Shown here in pieces: positions 10,549-20,345 of a stretch of DNA of 64,000 bases. Position 1 is the first letter of the stretch. The number at the start of each line of letters is the position of its first letter. The notes below the pieces were generated by a model that did not search any database, had not been told where the DNA came from, and saw nothing but the letters and a program-made list of their open reading frames with translations. Source of the stretch: a bacterium (GTDB taxonomy: Bacteria > Patescibacteriota > Patescibacteriia > 2-01-FULL-39-33); the NCBI GenBank assembly GCA_029558735.1, contig JAKQDP010000070.1:42700-106699 (forward strand), read 5' to 3'. A program made the position numbers and the translations under genes.

Positions 10549-10582
10549 TTTAATCCCGAAACTTCGGGATTATTTTTTTAAT
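10549..10582 (+). terminator. Intrinsic terminator, plus strand
   Basis: Perfect 9-bp hairpin aatcccgaa-ac-ttcgggatt followed by atttttttt. The T-run is on the plus strand only, and the hairpin overlaps the lepA stop on the other strand. Confidence 0.4.
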
Positions 10583-12372
10583 ACCGCCAAAAAAGTTTCC
10601 GCGGGAATATCCACTTTGCCCAAATTCATCATTTTCTTTTTGCCCTTTTTCTGTTTTTCCAATAATTTGGCGCGCCGACTCCAATCGCCGCCATATAATT
10701 TAGCAGTTACATCTTTACGCAAAGCGGACAATCTTTCAGCGGCGATAATCTTACCGCCAACCGCCGCCTGAATTTTGACCATAAATTGCTGACGGGGCAA
10801 TTCATTTTTTAAAACATTGACAATACGCTTACCTACCTGATGAGCGCTATCCTTGTAAGTGATCAATGAAAGCGCATCTATTTTTTCCTCGGCCACCAAG
10901 ATGTCCATTTTAATCACTTCCGCCGCTTGATAAACATCAAAATCATAATTCAGACTGGCATAACCAGAAGAAATCGACTTGAGCTTGTCATAAAAATCCA
11001 CAATCAACTGAGTCAAGGGAATGCGGTAATGTAAAATAGCCACCTCCTGATCAAGATATTCCGTGTTGAGATATTCACCCCGTTTTTCAGTGGCCAATTG
11101 CATGATTGGGCCAATATACTGCTGGGGGGTAAAAATATCCACGCGCATTATCGGCTCTGCCACTGCCTCAATATAAGTGGCTTCGGGTAATTCCGCCGGA
11201 TTATAAATCATTTTCTCCACGCCACTCTTAAATTTTACCCGAAAAGCGACACTGGGCACGGTCACCACCAAATCCAAATCAAATTCCCGCCGCAGCCGCT
11301 CCTGGATTATTTCCAAATGGAGCAACCCCAAAAACCCGCAACGAAAGCCAAAGCCCAGGGCCGGCGAATTTTCCGGCTCATAACTCAAAGCGGCGTCATT
11401 GAGCTTCAATTTTTCAATCGCTTCCCGCAGACGGCCAAAATCGCTGCCATCTTTACAGAAAAAACCGGCAAACACCATCGGTTTAACCTCTTTGTATCCG
11501 GGCAAAGGCTTGGAATCACTGTTTCTCAAAATAATCGTGTCACCGACCTTACATTGAGCCACCTCCCTCAAACCAGTGACAATATAACCGATCTCACCAG
11601 CAGTTAACTCGCCGGTTTTATAAAGCTTCGGATTAAAATACCCAACCTCCAAGGCTTCCGCGTTTGTACCATTAGAATGAAAACTTAATTTATCTCTAGT
11701 TTTGACTCGACCATCAAAAACTCTGACATAAGCGATTACTCCCTTATAATCATCATAAACCGAATCAAAAATAAGGGCCCGCAAAGAATTGGCTTGGCCC
11801 TCGCGGGGCACCGGCACCTTATTAATCACCGCCTGCAAGACTTCAGCCACTCCCTGGCCAGTTTTGGCAGACACTTTATAAATATCCGCCGGCTGGCAAC
11901 CGATCAGGGAACAGATTTCCCGCTCCACTCGTTCGACCTGGGAATTGGGTAAATCAATCTTATTGATAACCGGAATAATTTCCAAATTGTGCTCCAAAGC
12001 CAGATATAAATTGCCTAAGGTCTGGGCTTGTACCCCCTGGGTGGCGTCAACCAAAAGTATTGCCCCTTCCACCGCCATCAGACTACGGGAGACTTCATAA
12101 GTAAAATCCACATGGCCAGGAGTGTCTATCAAATTAAGTTCATAATTCTGATAATTCATCCTGACCGGCTGGAGCTTGATAGTGATGCCGCGCTCCTGTT
12201 CAATGTCCATCTGATCCAGCACCTGTTGGTGCATTTTTCGTTTATCAATAGTGCTGGTAATCTCCAGCATCCGGTCGGCCAAAGTGGATTTGCCGTGGTC
12301 AATATGGGCGATAATGCAGAAATTCCTTATTTGTTGGTTATTGGTCATAAAAATAATGGATAATACTAACAA
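10570..12372 (-). CDS. lepA: Elongation factor 4 (LepA)
   Basis: N-terminal GTPase motifs IIAHIDHGKSTLADRMLE and DTPGHVDF. Length 600 aa and the LepA-specific C-terminal region. Confidence 0.9.
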   Translation of the reverse strand: MLVLSIIFMTNNQQIRNFCIIAHIDHGKSTLADRMLEITSTIDKRKMHQQVLDQMDIEQERGITIKLQPVRMNYQNYELNLIDTPGHVDFTYEVSRSLMAVEGAILLVDATQGVQAQTLGNLYLALEHNLEIIPVINKIDLPNSQVERVEREICSLIGCQPADIYKVSAKTGQGVAEVLQAVINKVPVPREGQANSLRALIFDSVYDDYKGVIAYVRVFDGRVKTRDKLSFHSNGTNAEALEVGYFNPKLYKTGELTAGEIGYIVTGLREVAQCKVGDTIILRNSDSKPLPGYKEVKPMVFAGFFCKDGSDFGRLREAIEKLKLNDAALSYEPENSPALGFGFRCGFLGLLHLEIIQERLRREFDLDLVVTVPSVAFRVKFKSGVEKMIYNPAELPEATYIEAVAEPIMRVDIFTPQQYIGPIMQLATEKRGEYLNTEYLDQEVAILHYRIPLTQLIVDFYDKLKSISSGYASLNYDFDVYQAAEVIKMDILVAEEKIDALSLITYKDSAHQVGKRIVNVLKNELPRQQFMVKIQAAVGGKIIAAERLSALRKDVTAKLYGGDWSRRAKLLEKQKKGKKKMMNLGKVDIPAETFLAVLKK

Positions 12373-12430
12373 ATTGTACCAATAATTAGGTATAAAATCA
12401 AGGGAATGGAAAACGAATTTAAAATTAAAA

Positions 12431-12462
12431 ATAGAGACATTATCCGCAATGTCTCTACAATC
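12431..12462 (-). terminator. Intrinsic terminator downstream of murJ
   Basis: 10-bp hairpin tagagacatt-atccgc-aatgtctcta, followed on the minus strand by a T-run (plus-strand ttttta upstream of the hairpin). Confidence 0.4.
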
Positions 12463-12486
12463 ATAAATACATTTTGAAAACCAAAA

Positions 12487-14208
12487 TCACACTCCCTCGC
12501 CTTCTCTGGCCACATCCTCGGCAACGGCCGGACTGACTTTTTTGAGCAGCTTCTTTTTCATTGCCGAAACAAAAATTGCCATCTCTTCCATATTCAACAG
12601 CCAACCCAATAGCCAATAACCGGCCAAGCCGCCCAAACCAGCCAGCAGCCCCTGGGCAAAAATGCCCAAAAACTTTTCTGTCGGCACAATCAGATTAAGG
12701 AGCTGGAGCAGGCTATAAGTGATTAACCCGGCACCCAAAGCGGAAAATAAAATCCGCAAGGAGGAATCAATAATTTTACGGCCGTCCAGTCGGCCAATTT
12801 TAAATCGCAGCCAAATTAATAACAAAATCAAATTAACTATTGACGAGACCGAAATCGCCGCCGGCAGAGCCAAAATCCGTAAATCCGCCACTAGCCGTAA
12901 ATCAGAGATTTTCAAAATAGCGGCCGTAAAAAAAGAAAAATCATTATCAAAACTAAACACCCAACAAAAAAACAGTAAGGCAATCAAATTAACCGCCAAA
13001 GAGACCAGGCCCAAATAAAACGGAGTCTTACTGTTCTGTAAGGCATAAAAAGCGCGAATCAATAAGGGCAAAACGCTTTGAGCAAATAAGCTTAGGGCAA
13101 AAATAGCCAGGCTGGCGGCAGTTAGCCGAGTATCCAGCCAACCGAACTCGCCCGCCCCCAAAATAACGCGGACAATCTGCGCCCTAAGCACATAAAACAA
13201 AACTGACACCGGCACAATTAAAAATAAAATCTGACGAAAAGTGGAAGAGAGGGCAACCACAAAATCCCCTAAGTCCTTTTTGACAGCCAAGACCGATAAA
13301 GTCGGCAAAGCGGCCACAGCAAAAGAAACACCAAAAATCCCCAAGGGAAAACTTTGCAAATTATTGGCCAAATTGAAAATCGCTAACGAACCGGCCGCCA
13401 AAGTGGAAGCCATCATAGTCACTAGCAAAATATTCAACTGATTTAATACTAATGTCATTGTCCGCGGAATAGTCATCCGACCGACCCGCAAAACATTTTT
13501 ATCGCGCCAATTTAATATCGGCCGATAACGATAACCCGAGGAAAAAACCGTCGGCAACTGAATCAACAAATGCAACAGGGCGCCGAACACTACGCCCCAA
13601 GCCAGACCATAAAGCCCCCATTCATCAACCAAATAAATTGCGCCGACAATAATGCCGATATTATAAAATATCGGCGCCAAAGAATAAACAAAAAATTGCT
13701 TGAATGATTGGAGAATTGAACCCAAAACCGCTGAAATACCCAATAACACCGGGCTTAAAAACATAATCCGTGACAAAGACACCACGAGCGCCAGCTTCTC
13801 AGCAGAAAAACCGGGCGTAATTAAAGGAATAATTTGTTCGGCAAAAACAAAAAATAAACCACAAATCAGCAATAAGCCAATAATAATGAAGTTAAGCACA
13901 CTATTAATCAATCGCCAAGCTTCCTGTTTTTTACGATTCAATGGCGATGCTTCTTCCAACAGGCTAGTAAAAACCGGAATTAATCCGGCAGAAATCGCTC
14001 CCAAAACCACCAAATTATACACCAAATCCGGCAACCGAAAAGCGGCATAATAAATATCCAGAGTGTCGCCGGCGCCAAAATGCGAAGCTAAAATTCTATC
14101 CCGAAAAACACCCAGTAGCCGGCTAACCAAAGACAAGGCGCCAATAATAATCGCTGCCGAGGTAATAGTCCGGGACTGAGAATTGATAATGTTTTTGAAT
14201 TTGAACAT
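12487..14208 (-). CDS. murJ: Lipid II flippase MurJ (MviN)
   Basis: Polytopic membrane protein of ~573 aa. N-terminus LVSRLLGVFRDRILASHFGAGDTLDIYYAAFRLPDLVYN is typical of MurJ. Confidence 0.75.
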   Translation of the reverse strand: MFKFKNIINSQSRTITSAAIIIGALSLVSRLLGVFRDRILASHFGAGDTLDIYYAAFRLPDLVYNLVVLGAISAGLIPVFTSLLEEASPLNRKKQEAWRLINSVLNFIIIGLLLICGLFFVFAEQIIPLITPGFSAEKLALVVSLSRIMFLSPVLLGISAVLGSILQSFKQFFVYSLAPIFYNIGIIVGAIYLVDEWGLYGLAWGVVFGALLHLLIQLPTVFSSGYRYRPILNWRDKNVLRVGRMTIPRTMTLVLNQLNILLVTMMASTLAAGSLAIFNLANNLQSFPLGIFGVSFAVAALPTLSVLAVKKDLGDFVVALSSTFRQILFLIVPVSVLFYVLRAQIVRVILGAGEFGWLDTRLTAASLAIFALSLFAQSVLPLLIRAFYALQNSKTPFYLGLVSLAVNLIALLFFCWVFSFDNDFSFFTAAILKISDLRLVADLRILALPAAISVSSIVNLILLLIWLRFKIGRLDGRKIIDSSLRILFSALGAGLITYSLLQLLNLIVPTEKFLGIFAQGLLAGLGGLAGYWLLGWLLNMEEMAIFVSAMKKKLLKKVSPAVAEDVAREGEGV

Positions 14209-14353
14209 TATTTACAGTGACAGTAAGTCTGAAAACTAGCTCAACTTAGATTGAGCAATCAAGGCTATTACTACTCCCACAAAAATAATGCCAAAAACAA
14301 CATAAACCATAAAATAAAATTTTAATTTTTTAAGATAAAATTTTCAATAAATA

Positions 14354-16426
14354 TCATTGGCTGATTATCCTGGCATCCACAATCTTGGCGCCCTGGCCTT
14401 TGGCGCCGACCATCACCGGGTTAAAATCCACCTCAGTAATCCGTGGCAATTGGCAGGCGGCCTTACCCAACCTGACCAAAATATCGGCCAAGGCCTCAAT
14501 ATCCAAGGGTTTCTGGCCGCGAGCGCCGGCCAAAATCTTGGCGACTTTTAATTCTTTAATCATCTCTCTGGCAACCGCCGGACCAAAGGGCGCTATTCGA
14601 AAAGAGACATCATTGAACACTTCCGCGTAAATGCCGCCAGTGCCAACCATTACTAACGGACCAAATTGCCTATCTCGCTTCATTCCAACGATAATCTCAA
14701 AGCCGGTCACCATCTCGCCAATTAAAAATCCGGAAACGGCAGGAATATTTTTCTTCATTTGTTTTACAGCTCGCTCTAATTCAATAACGGATTTAATGTT
14801 CAATTTGACCCCGCCAACATCAGATTTATGCAGCGCCTTGGGCGAAACGACTTTGACTGCTATGGGCCAACCAATATTTTGAGCCGCCGCCTCAGCTTCA
14901 GCCAAATGGCGGGCAAAAACAGCGCGATGAAAATTAAATCCCCAGGGCTTCAATAACTGTCTGACTTCTATTTCGGTCAATGTTTTTTTGTTTAATATTT
15001 TAGGCGTCTTACTGCTCGTTAGCGGCTTAATTGTTGGTTTAGTTTTCAGATTATTTTTTTTCCATTGGTTATAACGCCACATCTGGCCCAAGGTGGCAAC
15101 TGCTTGATTGGGAAAAGCATAAACCGGCAGTGAATAACGGCTAAAAAGTTCATAATGGGGAGTAATGCTGGCCTCGCCCATAAAACAAGCCAAAACAGTT
15201 TTTTGACTCCGACGACTAATTTGGCCGACTGTCTTAGTAATAGCGGCAATATCGGTCATTTTCTGCGGCGTCAAGGCAATAATAATGGCATCAATCTTGT
15301 CATCCTTCAGCGCTTGCTCTAAAGCCAACTGGTAACGATCGGCCGTGGCATCGCCCAAAACATCAATTGGATTTTTAACGCTGGCCGCCTCAGGCAATCC
15401 AGCCTTAAGCTTTTTTTGGCTAGTCACCGATAAAGACGCCAAGGTTAGACCATTAGCCGGCAACAAATCAGTTAGTAGCACGCCCGGCCCGCCAGCATTG
15501 GTAATAATGGCGACGCGATTGCCCCTGGGTAACGGTTGCAAAGAAAAACCCTTGGCTAAATTGACAAAATCTTCCAGATCCTCGGCCTCGATCGCGCCGA
15601 CCTGATTAAAAACCGTTCTATAGGTTTGAGCGGAACCAGCCAAGGAACCGGTGTGGGATGATACGGCCTGCTGGCCATGTTCGGTTTTACCAGCCTTTAA
15701 CACCACAAGCGGTTTTTTACGGCTCAAAGCGCTGGCTATCTCCATAAATCGAGTGCCGTTTCTGACATCTTCCAAGTAAGCCATTGCCACTTTGACTTTC
15801 TTATCCGTCATTAAATATTCCAATACCTCAGACTCATCAATGTCCAACTTATTGCCTAGGCTGACAAAATAAGCCAAGCCTAATTTCTGGGCTTGAGCCA
15901 AATCCAAAACAGCCGTCCCCAGAGCGCCGGATTGAGACAAAAAAGCAATCTTGCCAACCGCTGGTGCGGTTTTGGCAAAAGAAGCGTTAATTGGCAATAA
16001 ATTGGAAATATAACCCAAACAATTCGGGCCAAGAATTCTAATTTGATATTTCTGGGCAATTTTTTCAACCTGTTTCTCCAATTTCATTCCGACCGGCCCC
16101 AACTCCCGAAAACCAGCCGAAATAATCACAATATTAGCGCATTTTTTCTTACCGCACTGCTCCACGGCCTTGGGAACAAACTGAGCCGGAATAACAATAA
16201 TTGCCAAATCAACAGCCCTAGGCACTTGCAAAATTGAGGGATAGGCCGGTAAGCCTTCAATATCTTTATCATCCAGATTAATCGGATAAATTTTGCCGCC
16301 AAAACTATTTTTCAAATTGACCACAATGTCATTACCCACCTTGCCCGGCTTGGCCGAGGCGCCAATTATCGCCACTGACTGGGGATTAAAAAAGGAGTCT
16401 AAACTGGTTTTATTTTTAATTGGCAT
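14354..16426 (-). CDS. Acetyl-CoA synthetase (ADP-forming), fused alpha/beta (CoA-binding + ATP-grasp)
   Basis: CoA-binding Rossmann motif VAIIGASAKPGKVGN, a succinyl-CoA-synthetase-like domain and a C-terminal ATP-grasp domain. 690 aa. Confidence 0.75.
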   Translation of the reverse strand: MPIKNKTSLDSFFNPQSVAIIGASAKPGKVGNDIVVNLKNSFGGKIYPINLDDKDIEGLPAYPSILQVPRAVDLAIIVIPAQFVPKAVEQCGKKKCANIVIISAGFRELGPVGMKLEKQVEKIAQKYQIRILGPNCLGYISNLLPINASFAKTAPAVGKIAFLSQSGALGTAVLDLAQAQKLGLAYFVSLGNKLDIDESEVLEYLMTDKKVKVAMAYLEDVRNGTRFMEIASALSRKKPLVVLKAGKTEHGQQAVSSHTGSLAGSAQTYRTVFNQVGAIEAEDLEDFVNLAKGFSLQPLPRGNRVAIITNAGGPGVLLTDLLPANGLTLASLSVTSQKKLKAGLPEAASVKNPIDVLGDATADRYQLALEQALKDDKIDAIIIALTPQKMTDIAAITKTVGQISRRSQKTVLACFMGEASITPHYELFSRYSLPVYAFPNQAVATLGQMWRYNQWKKNNLKTKPTIKPLTSSKTPKILNKKTLTEIEVRQLLKPWGFNFHRAVFARHLAEAEAAAQNIGWPIAVKVVSPKALHKSDVGGVKLNIKSVIELERAVKQMKKNIPAVSGFLIGEMVTGFEIIVGMKRDRQFGPLVMVGTGGIYAEVFNDVSFRIAPFGPAVAREMIKELKVAKILAGARGQKPLDIEALADILVRLGKAACQLPRITEVDFNPVMVGAKGQGAKIVDARIISQ

Positions 16427-16517
16427 AGGGCCCTGGTTTATGATTTTCCTTTTTTATTTTATCATAATTTTCCAGATAAAAAAACAGCTCAACATATTTG
16501 AATATTATTTCTTCATT

Positions 16518-16552
16518 AAAACAGGCGCCATTTAGGCGCCTGTTTTTGAAAT
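16518..16552 (-). terminator. Intrinsic terminator downstream of ppdK
   Basis: Hairpin acaggcgcc-attta-ggcgcctgt flanked by T-runs. Confidence 0.45.
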
Positions 16553-16575
16553 AAGGTATGCTAATCAACCGATTA

Positions 16576-19233
16576 TTACTTGGTGGTCTTCTCTTTTATG
16601 ACTGCCTGCGCCGCCGCCAATCTAGCAATCGGCACTCGAAATGGGGAGCAAGAGACATAAGTGAAGCCCTCGCGGTAGCAAAATTCGACCGAAGCCGGAT
16701 CGCCACCATGCTCGCCGCAAATGCCAATTTTTAAATCCGGTTTGACGCTGCGGCCCTTACGGACGGCAATTCTGATCAGTTCGCCGATTCCTCGCTGATC
16801 CAATGATTGGAACGGATCAATATCATAAATCCCCTGACTGACATATTCCTTCAAAAATTTGCCAGCATCATCACGACTAAAGCCGGCGCCCAACTGAGTC
16901 AAATCATTAGTGCCGAAAGAAAAGAAATCAGCCTGCTTAGCAATTTCATCAGCCGTGACCGCCGCTCGGGGCACCTCAATCATTGTGCCTATTTTATAAT
17001 TAATTTTCGAATCCGCAGCTTGGAGTTTTTGCTCAATAATTTCAACAACCCGCTTCTTGATTATCTCCAATTCTTTAGCCGTACCAATTAAAGGAATCAT
17101 AATTTCCGGCTTAACTTCGGTTTTACGACCGCATTTGGGACAATCTTGTGACACTTCAAGCGCCGCCTCAATAATTGCTGTCACCTGCATATCATAAATT
17201 TCCGGATAAGTAATTGCCAACCGGCAGCCGCGATGACCTAACATCGGATTGAACTCATGTAATTCGGCAATTTTGGCTTTTAAGGTGCCGGCATCCACTT
17301 CCATTTCTCGCGCCAAATCATAAATATCTTTTTCCTCAGTCGGCAAAAATTCATGCAGCGGCGGATCCAATAAACGAATCGTAACGCCAAAACCGTCCAT
17401 AGCATGGAACAAACCAATAAAATCTTCCTTTTGATAAGGCAATAATTTAGCCAACGCTTTTTGCCGGCCTTCAATATCAACTGCCAAAATCATTTCCCGG
17501 ACTGCTTTAATTCTATCACCCTCAAAAAACATATGTTCCGTCCGGCATAAGCCAATGCCTTCCGCGCCAAATTTTCTGGCCACTTGGGCATCATGAGGGG
17601 TATCGGCATTGGTCCGAACACCCAAAGTTCTAATCTCATCGGTCCAATTCATAATCGTGGCGAAATCACCGCTCATTTCCGGATCACGGGTAGTCACCTT
17701 GCCCAAATAAACCCGACCATCGCTACCATCCAGGGTGATAAAATCACCTTCTTTAACGACTACACCCTTGCTTTTAATTGTAAGTTGCTTATTTTTTTCA
17801 TTAATGTCAATATCAGCACAACCGGCAACACAGCAAGTGCCCATGCCTCGGGCCACAACCGCCGCATGAGAGGTCATCCCGCCTCGGGCAGTTAAAATAC
17901 CTTTGGCGCTGTGCATACCGTCAATATCTTCCGGCGAAGTTTCCAGCCGCACCAAAATCACATCCAGGCCTTGTTGGGCCTTATCATACGCTTCCTGGGC
18001 GGTAAAAACCACTTGACCGACCGCCGCGCCCGGTGAAGCCGGCAGCCCCTGGGCAATTTCTTCCGCCTGTTGCTTAGCCACCGGATCAATCTGCTTATGA
18101 AGCAATTTATCCAATTGTTCGGCTTCTATCTTTAGCAATGCTTCCTCTCTGGTTAATTTACCCTCATTAACCAACTCAACCGCGATTCTAACCGCGGCAG
18201 CGGCAGTGCGCTTGCCATTTCTGGTTTGCAAAATAAACAACCGACCATTTTGAATGGTAAATTCCATATCCTGCATATCCCGATAATGATCCTCTACTTT
18301 TTTACAAATATCGACCAGCTCCTGATAAATTACTGGATTTTGCTCTTTTAGGGCATTAACCGGCTGGGGTGTCCGAATACCAGCCACCACATCTTCGCCT
18401 TGGGCATTCATTAAGTACTCGCCATAAAATTCATTTTCACCGGTACTAGGATTACGAGTAAAGCAAACGCCAGTGCCACTCTCCTCGCCTAGATTGCCGA
18501 ACACCATTGCCTGAATATTGACCGCCGTACCAATCAATCCCCTAATATTGTTAATCTCGCGATAACGAATAGCTCGATAATTATTCCAGGAATCAAACAC
18601 CGCATTAATCGCCAATTTTAATTGCTCCTTGGGGTCCTGAGGAAAATCAAGGCCTTTAATTTCCAATACTTTTTCTTTATACCGCCTGATTAATTCCTTT
18701 AAATCGTCAGCGGTTAAATCAGTGTCAAACTGAACACCCTTGGTATCCTTGACGTTCTCCAGTATTTCTTCAAATTCCGCAGAATCAATGCCTAAAACAA
18801 CATTACCAAACATCTGAATCAAGCGCCGATAAGAATCAAAAGCAAACCGCGGATTGCCGGTTTTTTGAGCTAAGCCCAGCGCCGACTGATCATTTAAGCC
18901 CAAATTTAGAATTGTATCCATCATACCCGGCATTGACGAAGCCGCACCCGAACGGACCGATACCAACAAAGGATCAACCGGATCGCCAAATTTCTTACCC
19001 ATATTCCGCTCCAATTCCGCCAATTTCTCATCGACCTGTTCCAGCGCTTCCGACGGATAAACTTTATTATTCTGGTGATAAAGGTCGCAAACCTCGGTAG
19101 TAATAGTAAAACCGGGCGGCACATTAATTCCCAAAGCGCTCATTTCGGCCAAATTTGCGCCCTTGCCACCCAAAATCTCCTTCATTTCCTTGTTTCCTTC
19201 TTGGAAGGAATAAACATACTTTTTTTCAGACAT
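16576..19233 (-). CDS. ppdK: Pyruvate, phosphate dikinase
   Basis: 885 aa. N-terminal PEP-utilizer/ATP-grasp region, the central phosphohistidine region GGMTSHAAVVARGMG and the C-terminal PEP-binding TIM barrel CGE.GGDP. Confidence 0.9.
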   Translation of the reverse strand: MSEKKYVYSFQEGNKEMKEILGGKGANLAEMSALGINVPPGFTITTEVCDLYHQNNKVYPSEALEQVDEKLAELERNMGKKFGDPVDPLLVSVRSGAASSMPGMMDTILNLGLNDQSALGLAQKTGNPRFAFDSYRRLIQMFGNVVLGIDSAEFEEILENVKDTKGVQFDTDLTADDLKELIRRYKEKVLEIKGLDFPQDPKEQLKLAINAVFDSWNNYRAIRYREINNIRGLIGTAVNIQAMVFGNLGEESGTGVCFTRNPSTGENEFYGEYLMNAQGEDVVAGIRTPQPVNALKEQNPVIYQELVDICKKVEDHYRDMQDMEFTIQNGRLFILQTRNGKRTAAAAVRIAVELVNEGKLTREEALLKIEAEQLDKLLHKQIDPVAKQQAEEIAQGLPASPGAAVGQVVFTAQEAYDKAQQGLDVILVRLETSPEDIDGMHSAKGILTARGGMTSHAAVVARGMGTCCVAGCADIDINEKNKQLTIKSKGVVVKEGDFITLDGSDGRVYLGKVTTRDPEMSGDFATIMNWTDEIRTLGVRTNADTPHDAQVARKFGAEGIGLCRTEHMFFEGDRIKAVREMILAVDIEGRQKALAKLLPYQKEDFIGLFHAMDGFGVTIRLLDPPLHEFLPTEEKDIYDLAREMEVDAGTLKAKIAELHEFNPMLGHRGCRLAITYPEIYDMQVTAIIEAALEVSQDCPKCGRKTEVKPEIMIPLIGTAKELEIIKKRVVEIIEQKLQAADSKINYKIGTMIEVPRAAVTADEIAKQADFFSFGTNDLTQLGAGFSRDDAGKFLKEYVSQGIYDIDPFQSLDQRGIGELIRIAVRKGRSVKPDLKIGICGEHGGDPASVEFCYREGFTYVSCSPFRVPIARLAAAQAVIKEKTTK

Positions 19234-19371
19234 AACGATTGTATGATTAAAATTTAGAAATTAAAAACTGGTTAATTCCTGTTGCCACTTTTTAATCTCC
19301 AACTTCAGCATTATTTAAGCAAACAAAAATGACAGGCCATCACTGGTCTATCACCTTCCAAAATTTATACG

Positions 19372-20331
19372 CTAGCGCGTTATTTGCCTCTTGGAAAGCA
19401 AGCCATTCTGGGCGCCGATTTGAGCGACAACGGAGGCGGAATTATTTATCCCCCAGCGCAGGGCGTCCTTAATACTTTTACCATAAATCAAAGCACTTGT
19501 AAAGGCGGAGTTAAAAGCATCGCCCACGCCAACCGTATCCACATTCTTACTGGAGCGCGCTTTCAGGAAATAATACTTCTGCCCGTCATAAGTATAAGCG
19601 CCGGCCGCGCCATCAGTAATTACTACCACCCGAGGGCCCAAACCATGAAGATATTTCAACAAACTCTTGATATTTTTCAATTTCTTGAATTCTAAAGCCT
19701 CATCGCGATTCAGAAACAAAACCTCAATCTTAGGCAAAAATTTCTTGACCCGATCAATTGACGCCAATTGCTGCGAACCCGGATTCCAAGCTATTTTTTT
19801 CTTATAGGCCGTTAAATTTTTTATTATTTTCTCCCAGCCGAGCGCCGGCAATGATGACACATAAAACCAATCTGTACTATAATTTGCCAACTTAATATCG
19901 CGAAATGACAAATCATCATTGCTGCCACGGTAAGTGAACAAAATATGCTCTTTGGCGGGATTATTAATAGTCAAAATCATGGAAAAGCCAGTTTTTTTTG
20001 TTTGATCAATTTTGATTAAGGCTGTCTCTATTGATTTATCTTTAAGGTTTTTTAAAACCGCCCGTCCGTTTTCATCATTGCCCAATCGACAAACAATCCC
20101 GACTTTTAAGCCTACCATAGTAAATGACACCGCAGTATTAGCCGCCCCGCCACCAAAATTAAAATATAAATCATCGGCCGTAATTTTGGCGCCATACTCA
20201 AAGGCCAATAATTTTTGTTTAGTCAAATTACTGGTTGTTACCAACTCGCCCTCACCGGAATAAAACATAATATCACGCGTGGCGCCGCCAATACAGATTA
20301 CATCCAATTTTTTGATTTTATTTTTCCTCAT
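19372..20331 (-). CDS. PfkB-family carbohydrate/nucleoside kinase (ribokinase-like)
   Basis: PfkB signature motifs GGGAANTAVSF and DTVGVGDAFNSAF. Confidence 0.75.
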   Translation of the reverse strand: MRKNKIKKLDVICIGGATRDIMFYSGEGELVTTSNLTKQKLLAFEYGAKITADDLYFNFGGGAANTAVSFTMVGLKVGIVCRLGNDENGRAVLKNLKDKSIETALIKIDQTKKTGFSMILTINNPAKEHILFTYRGSNDDLSFRDIKLANYSTDWFYVSSLPALGWEKIIKNLTAYKKKIAWNPGSQQLASIDRVKKFLPKIEVLFLNRDEALEFKKLKNIKSLLKYLHGLGPRVVVITDGAAGAYTYDGQKYYFLKARSSKNVDTVGVGDAFNSAFTSALIYGKSIKDALRWGINNSASVVAQIGAQNGLLSKRQITR

Positions 20332-20345
20332 TCTGAAATAAAAAA

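Noticed and set aside
11317-11607. Numerous 60-130-aa ORFs on the strand opposite to long genes (e.g. 11317-11607, 17584-17895, 33791-34483, 51451-52113)
   Set aside because: They lie fully inside well-supported genes (lepA, ppdK, uvrA, cysS) and have low-complexity composition. They are shadow ORFs.
12431-12462. Possible relation of the murJ terminator hairpin (TAGAGACATT...) to the RAYT-associated TAGAGACGG palindromes
   Set aside because: Only a 7-nt word is shared, and the hairpin is fully explained as an intrinsic terminator.
14209-14353. 24-aa hydrophobic ORF (MVYVVFGIIFVGVVIALIAQSKLS) between acs and murJ
   Set aside because: Too short, with no RBS or promoter evidence.
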